A DNA stretch of 64,000 nt from Lama glama. Lineage: Eukaryota. The notes beneath the pieces are model-generated. The model made no database searches and was not told where the DNA came from. It saw nothing but the letters and a program-made list of their open reading frames with translations. This document shows, in pieces, positions 41,500 to 57,335 of this stretch. The position numbers and the translations under genes were made by a program. Positions within the stretch are counted from its first letter, which is position 1. Each line of letters starts with the position of its first letter. The stretch spans positions 61,878,001-61,942,000 of the forward strand of contig CM052817.1 in the NCBI GenBank assembly GCA_028534125.1. The letters are read 5' to 3'.

Positions 41500-41662
41500 A
41501 GTTGGTAGACAGCTTCGGCAGGCTGAACCCCAGCCCCCAGCACGTCCGTATCCTAACCCCTGGAATCTGTTATTTTACGTGGCAAAGGGGGAATAAGGTT
41601 GCTAATCACCTGCCTTTGGAATGAGATTATTCTGGATTACCTGAGAGCCCCAGCTCAGTGTA
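41500..41662 (+). mobile_element. MLT1 (MaLR) LTR 5' fragment
   Basis: tcctaacccctggaatctg...ggcaaaggg...gagattattctggattacc...gtaattacatggtccttaaaag. Confidence 0.75.
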
Positions 41663-43174
41663 ATTACATGGTCCTTAAAAGCACAAACACACAAAAAAAA
41701 CAACTTTGGATTTACTTGATACAAAGCATGTCTCTGAGAAGAGTATATCCCAGTTTTTTGACCAGACCTTATGAGAGTCCTATGTTAGATTCTTTATGTA
41801 TGTCTACCAAATTGTGTAAATGGTCGCCCATACTTAGGCCTTTCAGTCATGGAGTTCTCAAAAAAATTTAATGTAAGCATGAGTAGAGTGAAGATCATGT
41901 ATAAAGAGACATTGAACCTCTATGCCTTCACTCTCATGTTTTCTTTCTCTTTGTCTCTGCTGCACTGTCTAATTCTTCAGAGCTTATCTTTCTCCCCAGC
42001 TCTCATAGGCTGTTTTACCTCTCCATTTTACAGTTTTGCTTGTGATAATTAACTCTCCCACCTCAAAGTATAATTTTCAATAATTTCTTACTGCTTGCTA
42101 ATATTTCATTCTGTCTTCTATTTCTTCATGTATTTCATGTAACATTCTTGGCGTTCTGTATCTGAAAATTCCAATGTCTGTAATCTGAAGGGGTTAAATC
42201 TCCTTGGGGTCTTTCTCTTGACTCTCATTCGTAGTGGCTGTTCCCTTTTGTTTTAAGGAGTTTACTCTGTGGGGTCTTCTTTCTCCTTTCCTTCTCTCCC
42301 TCCCCCCTTGGGGATTTCCTTTCTTTCCTTGTGAACCCACAGTGCATTACAGGCTTTTGTTTCTCATCTTTATCCATGATCGAGTTGTCTGGTGGCAAGA
42401 GCTCCTTCAAAGTGTCTAGTTTCTCACCGTAGTGGTGGAAATGAAAAGTTCTGCAAATGATTTCCTCAAGAGAGGATTTGTGTTTGTTTCTGCTGGGAGC
42501 CATGGTGATGGTGTGTCACCAACCCAGGGCAAATTTAGTACCATTCAGTGGTCCCAGCTTAATGCTGAAGCCCAGGGTTCAGTTTCTCTAATTTTAAAGA
42601 CGTGACAGAGTTCATATTCTGGATCTCAGTGCTGGTATTAGTCTTTGCCCAGACAGCAGCCTGGCTTTGGTATGTGCTGAGTGCTTCTCTATCCCTCCTC
42701 TTTTCCTCCCTCCCTCTGCCCCTCCCTGTTTGGAAATTTCCTTTATTTCTTTGTGTGCCCAACAATGCATTCCACTCGTGTTTTGTTGTATTTTATTGAA
42801 GCACATAGTGGCTTGATTCTCTTCAGAGTGAGTACCTAGTATCCCACTAGAGAGGTGGAAAGGAAGGATATTCTGCCAATTACTGTCAACCATTCAGGTA
42901 TTTTTCTCTGAAAATAATAACAGGTAGAATGAAATATTTAATAATTTGGAAGCAATATTTCGAATAGTTAAAATCCACAGTCAGTCTCAAATACATTAGA
43001 AGAGGACAGCATAAATTAATAAGTAAATACAAATAACTTGTCTCTATAAAGAAGAACTAACTGGCTAAATATACTTTACATGCAATAACTGTTTCTTCTC
43101 TGGAGGGGAAAAAAAAAAAGATTAAACAAATCTGTAGTGCTGTGAATACACCAACAGTGTGTTTTGGGATTTAA

Positions 43175-43375
<201 letters not shown>

Positions 43376-44138
43376 TAAAAGTCTATAGCAGTGTTCGGGG
43401 TTTCCTAGCTTTCCTCTCTTTTTCTGTTAACATCTGCATATTAACTCATCTGTCTAGACCAGCGATGAAATACACAGACATTGTCGTCTTGGCACGAACC
43501 CAAGGACGTCGTAAGCTTCTAATGGGAGACCTCACGGCGGGGGGGGGATGACTAAGGCACCACTGTGAGTGAGCGGTGGGCTGGAAATGGAACATGCTCA
43601 GATATTTTTTTCTTCAGGGACAGGAAATGCAAGTGTAATACCAGAATTTCTTAGGGTTTCTTAGGGATTTGAAGGAGCACTTTTTTTGTCTAAATGTGAA
43701 AAGTTACAGGGGTTTTCTCTGCGGGGTTGGTTATATCCAGAGTTTATATTGAGAACTGATGTCCTTTTTATTTTCTCATGTTAGAGATGACCTGGGTGGA
43801 TTGTTCAAGGGGAGAGAGTGTAAGCCAGTCTTGGAGTATGTGCCTATTTTGTAAACAGTGTCTCATGAGTAACTGTAATACCATGAACTGTTTACTGTTA
43901 ACTTAGAAGTAATTTAAGTATGAGCTACTGATTAGAAAGGGATCCTTGCGTTTTCAGACACAAACTCTTAGAGTTTCTCTACCCTTGCTATTTTGATTGT
44001 CTCTGATTGGTATTAGTAATTCAATACTGTCATAGCCACAGTCAGAAAACTGAATGGAATGCCAAAAAGAAGACACCCATGGCAAAGAATGATCGTTGAA
44101 AATATGAATGACCCTGATGATATTCAGAAAGCATGTAG

Positions 44139-44480
<342 letters not shown>

Positions 44481-45639
44481 TGAACAAATATGCTTTTTAT
44501 GGTTCTTTTCTATCACTTTCTGTACATGATACATTTTGTAGCTCAGTGCTTCTAGGATCTTTAACAGAGGAGGAATTTTATTCATTTCAACTTTTCTATG
44601 GAGGGAAAAAGAAATATTTTCTTTGCAACAAATGAAGTGGGTCAGTCCTGTTGTTTCTAAGCTCATCAGTGACCTGGCTTCAAGACAATGTTCACATTAG
44701 GTGTGCAGCTGCCGTGAAGCTGTTTAGAAAAGAGGTAGCTAATGTCTGGGATTGTGTGGTCAGAATTGTGCATAATGTTTCTAAGTAGGAAAAAGGTTTT
44801 AGGAAAAAGCTAGAAATTATGTAGAGATAAAGGCTATTTTTATATGACATAAGAAAGATAACTTGCATAGGTATTCTCTGAGAAATGTTAGAAACTAATA
44901 AGCAATATACAGCTTGTAATCAGCACTATTATTACTGTAGCTTGAACAGTGAATGTGATACCTGGACCCATAAACCAGCACAGGATATAAAACAGTGGTT
45001 TTCAGACCCCTGGGGGCCCTTTGGAGGTAAGTTGATAGCTTCTACAGAATGGGGAGGAGGAACGCCCCATGGTTGGAGCTCTGTTTTGCTTACCCTCATT
45101 CTATTCATAGCAGCTCCTTTTATCTTGCAGATGATTTAATTACAAGCAATGCTTCTGCTTTGAAAACAAAATGAGTTTGCAAACTGCAGGTGTAGAGGGA
45201 TCCTCAGATACCTACCTTTTTAAAAACTCAATTCAGGCTTAGCTTTGATTAAATTGTTGGACCCTCTTTTGGAATTTTTCCAAAGAAGGCTCTGTAGAAT
45301 ATAGAGAAGGGCCCAAAGGAAAAGCCATGATGAAGAGTAAAACTAACAGTAAAGGACTATTGGATTGGTGTTTTCACCCAGGAGTGAAGACTGAGGTGTG
45401 GTACAATGAAAGGTCCCAAATATATGAAGGTCTTAAGCATTTAGAGGGTGGCGGATGCAAGTTCTCAGCCTTTAAAAACAAAGCTGGAGAAAAATGATTT
45501 GGACTGTGGATTTAAGTTAGAAATGTGAACCTCCTGCCAGTATAAAGATTATTAAATCCTATCTCTCTATCTTCTGAATTCTTTTTTCTGACCCACAACC
45601 TACAAGTCTCCTCTACTGTGAAAAACTTTCCTATGATGC

Positions 45640-46675
45640 TTCTCAGATTACCAGCCTGTCTCCTTACTTCCCTGTTAAATTTCTCGAGAGTTCCAAAAGA
45701 GTGATCTGCTTTCACAGCCCAGTAATTCATAATACCTTGTAATTGGCTTCCACTCATTCTCTCCTGAAGCTCCTTTACTGCGGGACACACTGATCTTTGT
45801 CACCAGAAGCCTTTCTTCTTGTCGTCCCACCCGCCGCGGCGCCCGCGCCTTTCTGCCTCCTGTGTCCGTGATGGGCCTTTATTCCAGGTTCTTCTCCTTT
45901 GTCTCTGTGGGTTCTGCTCTCTGTCTGTTTCTTAAATGTTACCCTACGTCTAGGTTTCCTGCTGCTTATGCTTTTCCTCCCTAGCTCCCAGCTTTGGTTG
46001 ACCCTTTCTAAAATGTGTGGTTCCTGGCACTTCCCTGGTTCCCTAGGTTTCTGATTTGCTCAGTTGAATGAATTCTATCTCCATGATATTCCCACTTGAA
46101 CTGGGCCAGTTGGGGTCCTCCCTACCAGTTTTCTAGATTCTGGAGTCAAGCATTTTGTAGTTATTTCCTCTTTGTCTTTCCTCCTTCCAATTTTTTTCTA
46201 CATGCTGCTGCCAGATTTATTTTCTTGGAGCATAATTATGAACACTGTAGTAATTTCATAATTTCCTATGGCTTTGGGTTAAAATGTAGTGTCTGTTCTG
46301 AACACTTTATACTGTCTCACACTTTCAAGTATTTTTAACATGCTTTTATCTCTGTCTGAATACCCAACATCTCCTCCTCTATTTCGATAACTACTCCTTA
46401 TCTTCACAGTTTCTTCCTTTGGGATACTTACTATTACTCCCTGGCATGCCTGAATGTCGCTGAGTTTCCTTACACCTTTCCTTGTGACCCTGGTGTGCTC
46501 TCATGACACTTCTCATGCTGTCATATGGTAATCGTTGACTGCTTATCTGTCATTCCGTTCCATGGAGGTAAAGACCATGTTGTTTTTTTCCAAGTTTACA
46601 TTCCTAGGGCCTTTCCTTAGTGCCCGTTATTTAGGGGCCGCTTCAGAATTTTGCGTAAAGGATGAATGAATGAGT
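45640..46675 (+). mobile_element. LINE-2 remnant with 3' tail
   Basis: Pyrimidine-rich L2-like body (catgctgctgccagatttattttc) ending gatgaatgaatga. Confidence 0.6.
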
Positions 46676-48045
46676 TCACGTGGATTATAGGGTGAAGGAA
46701 AAAGGTGTTTTTTCTTAGCTTCAGAGATCTAAACACACCCTGGATTAAATCCACTTTTCTAGTTTTATATCCCACAAACTCTCCAACTTGTGAGCTTTCT
46801 TTTACGAGACTGAACTACTTGTGTTTTCCCCATGTGTGCTCCATGTTTGCCGCTCCCTTGCTTTTGATTGGACAGTGTCTAGCTTGGAATGTCCTTGCTT
46901 CTCCATGGACTGTAATCCAATCTCAGAGTTGCCTTTAAGTCACTTCACTCATCCCCCAGCTAGGAATAATGACAGCATCTACTCTACGCCCGTGGTAAAT
47001 TCCTGGCCCCAGTCTGCCTGATATTATAATTATTTTAGTACATGCCTCGTCTTGCCCTGCTAGTCATTGGGCATCTTGAGAGCAGCATCCATGCCAAGTT
47101 GATTAACGTGTTTCCCATTTGACGTGACGTAGTGAGTTACCCATTATAGGTGTTCTGACATTGTTTTCAGTCAGTGAATGTTGGCAATATCAAAGTAAGA
47201 GCTCATCATCTTTATAGACCTTAAAACAGACAAGGAAAGTGAGTATCTATTTCTGAAACTTAGTTCTGCTTAATGTAAGGGGAATGAAATGAATGAACTC
47301 TCAAATTTCATGCAGACACTGATTTAGGAAGTGGAAGGAAATACTTCAAGGGATAATTCAGAGATTTATTTGACATATATTGACTAGTTCATCAAGAGAG
47401 GAAGGATATGAAAATACTGTATCATGTGTACAAATGCAGTGGCTGTTGGACGCCCAGACCTCTGACGGCTGAAGAGCAGCTTTGGGACCGCTTTACCATT
47501 CTGGGCCTCCATTTCCTCTACGTTAAATGGAAGTTGCATTTGGTAATTTAAAGTCCTTTTCACATTTTTATTTTGTATGTTTCAAGGGAACTGTGGTCTC
47601 AATTTTGAAACTCACTTTTAAACTTTGCTATATATGTTTCTTTGGTTTTCACTCTTTTCCTGACTTTCCTGTTTGGAGGAGGGGTGTGGTACATGTGTGC
47701 ACACAGGTATTTACAGCACTTTATTACAGGTGGGGTTAAAGCTACCCCAGTGTTGAGTTCTCAGACTTCATATGTGAACTTCTTGTGAGAACTTAATCTT
47801 TACCTTGGTCTTGATGTGGTAAGTGTTCCCTCAGGCTTTTAAGTCATTTCTAGGGAGGTTCTCAGGGAAGTTGAGAGGCACAGAGAGAATGGACTGTGTG
47901 TTAGAGATTTCCTGCTCATTTAACTTTTTTATCCTGTATTGGTTTCTTCATGCACTCTCTTAAAAATGATATAAGTGCTGGTGCATTTCCTGCCCGATAG
48001 AGATTTAATCCAGTGATGCTGTGGCAGACATTACTGTCACCCCAG

Positions 48046-48093
48046 ATCTCTCTTGGGAAGAGAAAACAACACATCTCTCTTGGGAAGAGAAAA
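48046..48093. repeat. 27-bp-period tandem duplication (atctctcttgggaagagaaaa x2)
   Basis: Identical 21-mers at 48046-48066 and 48073-48093. Confidence 0.9.
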
Positions 48094-51000
48094 TAATGAC
48101 ACGTGAAATCCCTTGAGGAACTTACAGAACTTTTCACTTTTCACTCTGGAGGATCAAGCAGCCCCTCTGGTACTTAAGTGTCAGAATAATATATTTTCTT
48201 AGGGGAGAAATAAATCCCGGCTTAGGGCCTCCCAGGTATTAAATTTTAAATAGAAAACCTGCAGTGAAGACTAGGCAGTAACAGATCTCCCGACTGATGA
48301 CTGTGGAATTGTCCAAGTGCAAAGGAGACGGAATGGCCTGGCCCAGAGGGTACTGAATGTCCTCAGAGTATTTTGATGTCGTTAATTTTAGCACTGCTCC
48401 TGGTTTGTTTTCTTAAAAAGTGACACGGTTCAGTGACTGGCCAGAGTCACAGACCAAGCTGATTGGTGGCAGAGTCAGCACTCCCAGGCAGAGTTTCTGC
48501 AGCCATATCCACCTGCTGTTGAAGAGTTTTAATGTTAAGAAACCCTGAGATTTCTTGTGACTTAATCATAGGAACAAATAATTCTGTGGAAAAGTGCTGT
48601 AGAAAACTCTTCCTCATTGGCTAACATCTGACTGGGCAGAGCTCAATTCAGCAAATCAGTTCCACGGGTGTTTGCAAGATGCCACAGGAAACAGAGGATG
48701 TGCACAGCCCCTTCCCCAGAGGGCTTGTGAGCATACTTCATGCTCTGTGAGGTCACTGTCATCTTTCTAAGAGGTGATTCAGTGTTCTCGGGTATATTTC
48801 ATGTGTAGCTAATTTCAGACATAGTTGTAAGCCACAAGCCAACCAATGGCCTCGCTCACAAGTCTTTTGCCCCAGCCCTTCTTGTTCTTTAAAGTTCAGT
48901 TCTTATTTTTTTTTAAAAGCTTTTTATATTATTAAAACTGTACAATGTTTGCTTCTCTTCTTTCTCTGTTACCTTTTTATCTCTCTTCTCCCCTCCTCTG
49001 CTCTCCGTTTAAAGCATCAGCAACGTCCAGCAGAAGACCACCTACATGTGCCCAGAGGCTCGGTGAGGTCGAGCCAGCTGGTTGATGGTCAGCCCAGTTC
49101 CTAAGCTGGCTGTGCGTCTGATTGTGTGAAACTCCCTCTTCAGTAGCTGGTGCCCTGGGAGTGTGTGTTGCGCTGAGCCAACCATTGGCTTCTTCCCTCA
49201 TGTAACGCTCTTGTGAGAATTCTCGCTATCGATTTATAATTAGGAAGCTTAATTAACATGAAAAATAATTAATATAATGTAAAGTTAATTCAGGTACTAT
49301 ATTTTTAAAGATTCCCCTTTATTCCCTGTCACCAAAATACAAATCTTCTGCCTACCCCTTTTCCAGTGCACAACAGACCAGAGTGCAAGGCCCGTGCTGC
49401 CCCAACCGAGTCCCACAGGGGCTCAGGTCATTCGTGGGCCCCTCAGGGTCCTGGCGGGAGGCCCCTCTTTCAGCCTTTCTGCGCCCACAGGAGCTCTTTG
49501 ATTCTTTCCCTCAGTTACACGAACACCTGCCATGCATGTGCCCCTATAGACGCCAGCACTGGACCTGGGGACAGGCAGTAAGGGGGCTGCACTGTCTTAG
49601 ACAAGAAAAGTGATTAAATTATTACCCTGCGCCCAAGTTCTAAACAATGTCAGTGATAAACAGCATCTCCCAGTAGAGCCCGTTGCTTCTCCATCCTCTC
49701 CTTAGTATGGCCGCCTCTCTGTCTTCTCTCTCAATATCACAGGCAGCTTTGCTCCCCTCCCGAGCCTGGAGCAGTTGTGAGAACTCGCCCTTTCTTCGTG
49801 GTCCCCCAGGCGGGAGAAGCCACTCAAAGTGTGCGTTCTTATGGGAGGCCGTTTGTCGTCAGGGCGACCTCCTCCTTCATTACGCTGGCGCTTTCTTTAT
49901 TCTCCTGATGTCACCCAAGTGATGTGAGTCAGTTTTTCATGCCTCTTTATGGAACCCCAGCTGAGGCACCTTGCTTTTTGAGGTTCAAGTAAAATTAAAC
50001 TCTGTCATCCCTGTCCTCCCTAGTCCAGTAGGGAATTCAGTATCATTCACAGTGTGTCTGTGGATCCTAAGAGGCTCCTTTTCTCTTTGCCACACCAGCC
50101 TGCACCTCTGATATGTGCTGCCCCTTTTCTACATGATGTAGCTACTGCTTCTTTTCTTCCTCAAACTGTTGGCTCAAGGTTGAAGACATCTTACGGGGGG
50201 GTGTTGCAGGGAATTGCATGAAATTTAGTTATAAAATTCATGCTACCAGAACATTTTCCCTTATTTTTTATTCACCTTGATCCCTCCCAGAGGTAACCAG
50301 TACCCTGAAGTTGGTGTTTATCTTTGCCATATATGATTTTATAATTTTCACATGTATGTATGTTTGTGGCCACGCAGTGTGCAGGATTATTTTGCGGATC
50401 TGGAGTTCTTTCCTCCAACTGTGCCCCCTGGTGCGGAAACCTCAGCTCTCCGGGTCCAGTCTCTGTGGAAGAGGAAGGCGGGGAGGGGGAGCTGAAGGCA
50501 CCTTGACCTTCTCTGCCTCCTCCTTCCTCCTTGGCCCTTTCGTGCAGTTACCTCACACCTGTTCTCACCAGCTCTGCACCGTCAGACTGCACTTCCGGTC
50601 CCTTTTTCTTCCTGTATTCTCGCGGCCCCAGTGTTAAATCACTGTAATTTCTCTTTTTGACTTTGAAAGTTAATGCATGTTAGCTTTCCTCTGCCCTTAT
50701 TTGGGAACAGGTAAGATGATGTGACCGGAGACCTGGAAGAGGATTGCCATTTTATTACTTTCAAGTAGAGAAGCCCTCCCAAGGGAGGGAGAGGCAGAGC
50801 TGAGTGTCTGAGGATCGGGTACTTTATAATATCAGATAGGAATTACTTGTAATTAATAGGTTTATTGTTTAAATATTATGTTAAAGGCATTTGTCATTTG
50901 GCTAATAGTCATCTGTTACAAAATTAATTTGCCTAACAAAATTCGATTTATTCTCCTAGATATCTGTTACATCTCATTTTAGGGTCTACATATAATGGAG

Positions 51001-51214
51001 ATTTTTACATTTCTCTTTAAATCATCCATAGTAATGTTTACTGTAAAAAAAAAAAAACCTTTCCCCTCTTTCATGTAAAGGATATTCTTTATCTGCCATG
51101 TGCAAGGCCCACTGTGAATGGAGATGGATGGGGCCTCTGCTCTTTGGGGACATAGCAAATGATTAGGACAGTTGTTCGGGGCTCAGAGGAGTTTACAGTC
51201 TTAGGTTGGAATAT

Positions 51215-51321
51215 GGATGTTTACTGAGATACTACAAGGGAGAACATTTATTCAGATTCTTCTCAGGGCGGATATTTATTCAAATGCTCCCAGAGGAGAT
51301 GTTTATTCACGGAGTATCGGG
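51215..51321. repeat. Diverged ~27-bp minisatellite, 4 units
   Basis: ggatgtttactgagat / gaacatttattcagat / ggatatttattcaaat / agatgtttattcacgg. Confidence 0.7.
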
Positions 51322-53528
51322 AAACCCCTAGGATGGGGAGAGGAAGGTGAAGGAGGGACCAGGTGCCGAGCACGCATGGCCTGTGTAAGGAACTGGTTTC
51401 AGAGGATTTGATGGATGAGCAAAATCCTTGATTGTGTGTTTTTTCAGTGTTTGAGGGAATGAGAGTTTAGAGGTGAACCAGACATGGTCTGGCCATCACA
51501 AATCTTAATTCTGTTACCATCAAGTAACAATTACCTTTTACTTTTCCAATAGATGTCTCCATGTCACAAATTCCATTAGCCCTCCCTGACCTCCCAAATC
51601 CAAATAAGACGTTAAGGAGCTAAGTGTATAAGAATGGAAAGGAACTGCCTAACGTCTTTATCAGCTGTGATCAGAGTATATCTTTGGCTTGAATACACTC
51701 TGTGGGTCCCATACTAAGACTGTTCTGAGTTCCCGGTCCATGTTCTGGAGTATAATTTAGGCCCTTTACCATCTTCTTTCCATCTGCAAGACCCCATGGT
51801 GGTTTCTCTGCATGAACCCAGAATTCTCTACCCAAGCCCATCACTGTCTTCCTCTGGTGATTCAAGGTGATCAATAACACATGCACATAACACATTAATG
51901 AATTACTGACTGTGTGGTCACATGAGCGATGTCAGTGGGTAGAGGAGGAGGAGAGAAATTAGAATTGAAGCTGGAGCTTTTGTGGCATCTTTTAAATCTG
52001 GTATTTTTCCAAGTTATCATTAACTTCTCAGCTCATGTTCCTTTCTTAAGCGATGTACTATTTAGGTACACGAGTGACTTATTCTATTGCATCATGCTGG
52101 TAAATTCTGAGATTCATTTAAACTCTTGTTCTAGCCTTAGAAAAGAGCCCGGAACACTGAAACCTACACTTACAGATGGTAGGGAGTACCAGCTCTTTAG
52201 CCTTTTTCATCTAAAAAAAAAATGCCATAGTAACTTTTATTTTAGGAAAACAGGCTTTTCAGAGTTGTTGCTTTTAGAAAATCCGGAGGGGCCTGAAGAG
52301 CATCCCGGTGACACATCTGATGCAATTGCTTTAGGTTAAGGGTTTTAGCTGCAAGTGAATTTTAAATGGCTGTAAAAATGAAGCTTTGTAAGTTTTAGTA
52401 AATGGACTCAGTTCTGCAGTGTACAGAGGGACATCTGCCACCCTTTGCGTTTTCCCAAATGACACTAGATATTTTATGTCCTCGAAGATTGAGGCAGAGA
52501 TTGAGGCAGTGAGATCAGATCCAAAGGTTTTTTCTCCGAAAGCCACTAGTGTTTTGCCAAGTTTGCTGCTGTCTGTGACACAGTGTGATAAACGTGGAAG
52601 TTGATATATTCAGCTGTTTTCCATGTTGAGAAAAACAAATACATAAATGCTTGAGAGTGGAGTATGATGAAAAGAAAAAGAAAAAAACTCTCTCTTGGGA
52701 TTCAGGAGAGAAGATTTATCTGAGGTTTTACACGAACTTCAGTTTAATCATGAGGTTTTGTACCTTTTCTGTTTTATAGTTTCTTCATCCATCAAAACAG
52801 GGGCTTACTGCTCCTAAGTTCCACCAGATTCTGTTGAGGTGCAGGACTGGTTGCACTTGTGATATGTGCTCAGGACTGTGCTAGTAGCACTTTTACACTT
52901 TCCTCTCATTTCATCGTCAGCCTCTCAAGCAGCCGTAGTTCAACAGCTTTGAAACACGGGTCCGTAGCTCTGGCTCCAGCTCGCTGCCCCGAGGCAGTGG
53001 TTTCCACCTGCTGGTCTGCAGGTTGGTGTCCTTCCATCATGAATTTTCTCCCCATCCAAGGGAAATAATAATAAATGGATCGTGTGAAATTTTCCTAAAG
53101 CTGAAGATATTATATTGGAAAAGGAATTATTTTTTTACTAAAAATACATGTTATTTGGTTTATGAAATAATAGTGATAATATAAAGCTTTTCTGTAGGTC
53201 CCTGCTTATCAAAGTAGAACATTTGAAAATCTTTGTAGGTCCTCCCCTCCCATCTCTGTTTACTTGTTTGTAGATAGAAAAGCCTCACAACCATTGGCTT
53301 AAGAAATACCATCTCAAACAAACCGAACAGGCACGTGCACATGGCACATGGTTAAGAGCAAGGCTACTGAAGTATGAAGGGAATGATGGTACTTTTAAGA
53401 TATTTAATAGACATTTAGCAATAATTTGGTTTATATTTGCTCCAGTGGCAAGGCAGCCCTGTATGCTGCAGCTTCATTCTGACTGTGTCATCCTCATTGG
53501 ATTTTCTACCTGTGAGTGTTTAATTTAA

Positions 53529-53849
<321 letters not shown>

Positions 53850-55489
53850 TGATCCTGTGGCAGCCCCCGCACACCCTCTCTTTCTGGTCAGAAATCAGAG
53901 CTTTCCCATTGTTTACAAAATCAAATTCTATTTTATTTTCCCCTTTATTTCTGATGACGTGGTCTCAGTCCTCCCAGGAAATGATATTTAACATCGTAGA
54001 AGGACCTTTGGCTGCCTCCTTCCCCTCCTCCTCCTGACGAATCTTTCCTAGACACGCTGTCAGCGTCCTCGTGCCCTTTCAGATGTCACTCCCTTCCACT
54101 GTAGGTGTCGTCTCGCTTTCCTCTTCAGCTCTTCCTCCAGCAGTTGCTCCGTCAAGTCAAACTCCTTTCCCACCCCTTCCAGCCTCTTCTCTCCAACCTA
54201 CTCCCCCCCACCCCCCGCCATCAGTGTCCTTTCCCTGTGTCTGCCTCTGCACAGATGAAGGGAGGGACATAAAAGTGGCATGGGATGCCCATGGTTTAAT
54301 CCCCCTGCTTCTTCACTTTCCATAATACTTCCTCATACTGCAGTTTGAAAATATCAGTTTGCATCAAAAGGAAATTAACCAATAAGAATGTTATTATCGT
54401 TCATGATAACTTTTCTACGAAACGTAGGGATCCCCTAGGAAGACTAAGAAGACATCCTTAAACATTCGGAGGTGTTACTACTGCTGGCAGTGTTTTGTTT
54501 ACTGCTGCATAATCTGTCCGAGTAGATTTCAGCATTTTAGGTGAGGAGCTGAGTGGTCGGCTCTTCAGCATCAGGGCCCCTGTTCATGCCTCTCCTCCTC
54601 CTCGTGCTCCTGAGGAGACCTTGGCGCTTGCTTTCCCTTGGTGGCTAGTTCCTCACTTTCACGAAAACTTCAGCTGAAGTGCACGCGCTTAACTAGTCCA
54701 GGAGTTACCTCTGGGACCTGCCATTTATTATTCGTGAACCTTTGACAAGTTACCAAACTTTTGTTTCAGTTTTCTTATTTTCAGAAGAGGTGAGTCGCTG
54801 TGTCTACCCAGATGGTGGTTGTGAGGCTTCAGTGATTGTACAAAGAATGGAAGCCACCTGGCTAATAATCAGCACTCAATCCACGTACAGTACAAACAGC
54901 CGTTTTGAATTTTCATTTTGGTTGGTAGAACCTTAACTTACACTTAGATTCATTTTTAAATATGGAAGAGAAACAGTAAACCAGCAGGCACTCCCACTTT
55001 TGTAGAAAGATCTTCGGTGATGCGGTGCCTTCTGACTGTGCCCCTTACAAACAATTTAAAGTAGAACACGTTCCCTCTAAATTTCCAAAAGGAAATTTAA
55101 TATAGGAACGTTTTCCTAGCCCGGTATTTTATAAATCTCCCATCATAGTTACGCCTTCATGCTGTGGTAAGAATAGATGGGCCTGTTTTTGAGCTGATTG
55201 CTTACACTTAGTAAGACAGGTTTCTAGAAGTAAGGGGGCGGCAGGGCACAAGACTGCTTTTCTAATTATGTTTTCCTGAGCACCCAAAGTGAGTCGGGCT
55301 ACGATAAACCTGTATTTGAAAGCCTGTGGGTTGGAATAAAGGAGAAATGATTATCTGCTTAAAACATAAGCCAGTCTTAGGTAAACAGCGGGGTATTAAT
55401 TGCTTTGCTAGGGCTGTCCTGGCCTGTGGAGACCGGAGAGGTACTAAAATGTTCCCTTATCTCTGTATGAGGTTGGCAGGTATTTGTCA

Positions 55490-55670
55490 GAGCCCAGGCT
55501 CTACCTCATACCAACTGCATGGCCTTGGGTGGGTTACTTAATCCTTCAAAAGCATCTTTCCTCATCGGTATAGTGTGGTTAATAATGCTGCCTCATACGT
55601 GTGTTTATGAAAATTTAACAAGTTATATAACATACCTGCCTCCATGTCTGGTAGATAGCAGCCTCTCTAC
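55490..55670 (+). mobile_element. MIR SINE
   Basis: cccaggctctacctcataccaactgcatggccttgggtgggttacttaatcc...ttcctcatc. Confidence 0.7.
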
Positions 55671-56900
55671 AAATGAATCCATGCAGGTCCAGCCAGGTAG
55701 TGGTGCCAATATTAGGCACTGAGGAAAATGTGAGATAAATTAGACTGATGTCATCTTTGTCCCAAAGATGTTTCCAGAGCCACTGTCTCGAGAATTAGAA
55801 AGGGAGGAAGAATGGGCAAGTAGTGAGCATCCCCCGTCCCTTAGACCTTGTGCTCTTACTGTCTTATTTAGGGATGACACACAATGGAAGGAAATATTAC
55901 CGTAAGTAATAGATATAATTAGACTCTGGGATCTCAGCAGAGTAAATGGTGACTTGAAATGATCTAAGAAAACTTTTGAACCTTCTGATTCTTTAGATTA
56001 TATATGGGTTTGAACTTACAAGAAAGGACATAATACAAGATTCAGATTTTTTTTTAAAAGTAAGCCCTCAGTGAATTTAATGATGCAGTGTGCAACCTGC
56101 CAACCTGTTAGTATCATCTTGTTCAGATAACAAGTGATGAAATTTGTATAAAGGATGATTTAAGATAAGGAGTAAGGGTTCTCTGGAAAGATTGTTCAGA
56201 GCAGCAGCCTCTGAGGATAGAGGCTGCTTATAATTATTGTGAGGGGTTGCTCAAATAAGGTCGGAAAGAAGACACAGGTAGGCTGCTTTTTTAAAGGACA
56301 AGAGGAAAAGGTAGAAATTAGGTATTAGGAAAATGAAATGAGACAGAATTTAGCGTGGTAAGTACTATTTCCCTAAAGATGACGTTCTTTTTTATTTCTT
56401 AACTCTTCTTTCAATAGTACCTATTTTTTCCTAATAGTAATGTTTTCCTTGTAGGAAGTTTGGACAAATGCAGAAAATTTAAAGAAGAAAATAAAATTCA
56501 GACAGTCCTTGCACCTAAAAATCATGGTTGATATTTTTAGGTGTGTATAGTTTTCCAAATTTTTAATGTGCAAAAATACATTCACATGATTAAGCAGAAA
56601 AAATGTAAATCTGACATTTCATTCAAGTAGGATATACTCCTGGATTTATTATGAGATCATAATCTCTTACTGCAGTAATAGAAATAGTTACATATTGTGC
56701 AGTGTGAGTTTGGGGTGTGTCTGCCAAATTTGCACTGAGATATAATATAGATTTTTAAAAATTTGGCATACAGTATAAGAGTCTCTATAAAACTGGAAAT
56801 AAATTTGAGATGCTTGTTTACTTAGCTTCTGGAAATTAGAAAAAAGGCTTGAAGACGTAATCATGTTTCATCATGCTTCCCGTTCATTTTTTTAAATTAG

Positions 56901-57335
<435 letters not shown>

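Noticed and set aside
51215..51321. Regular ~27-bp repeats as a CRISPR-like array
   Set aside because: Units are contiguous and diverged with no unique spacers, and the context is a mammalian intron.
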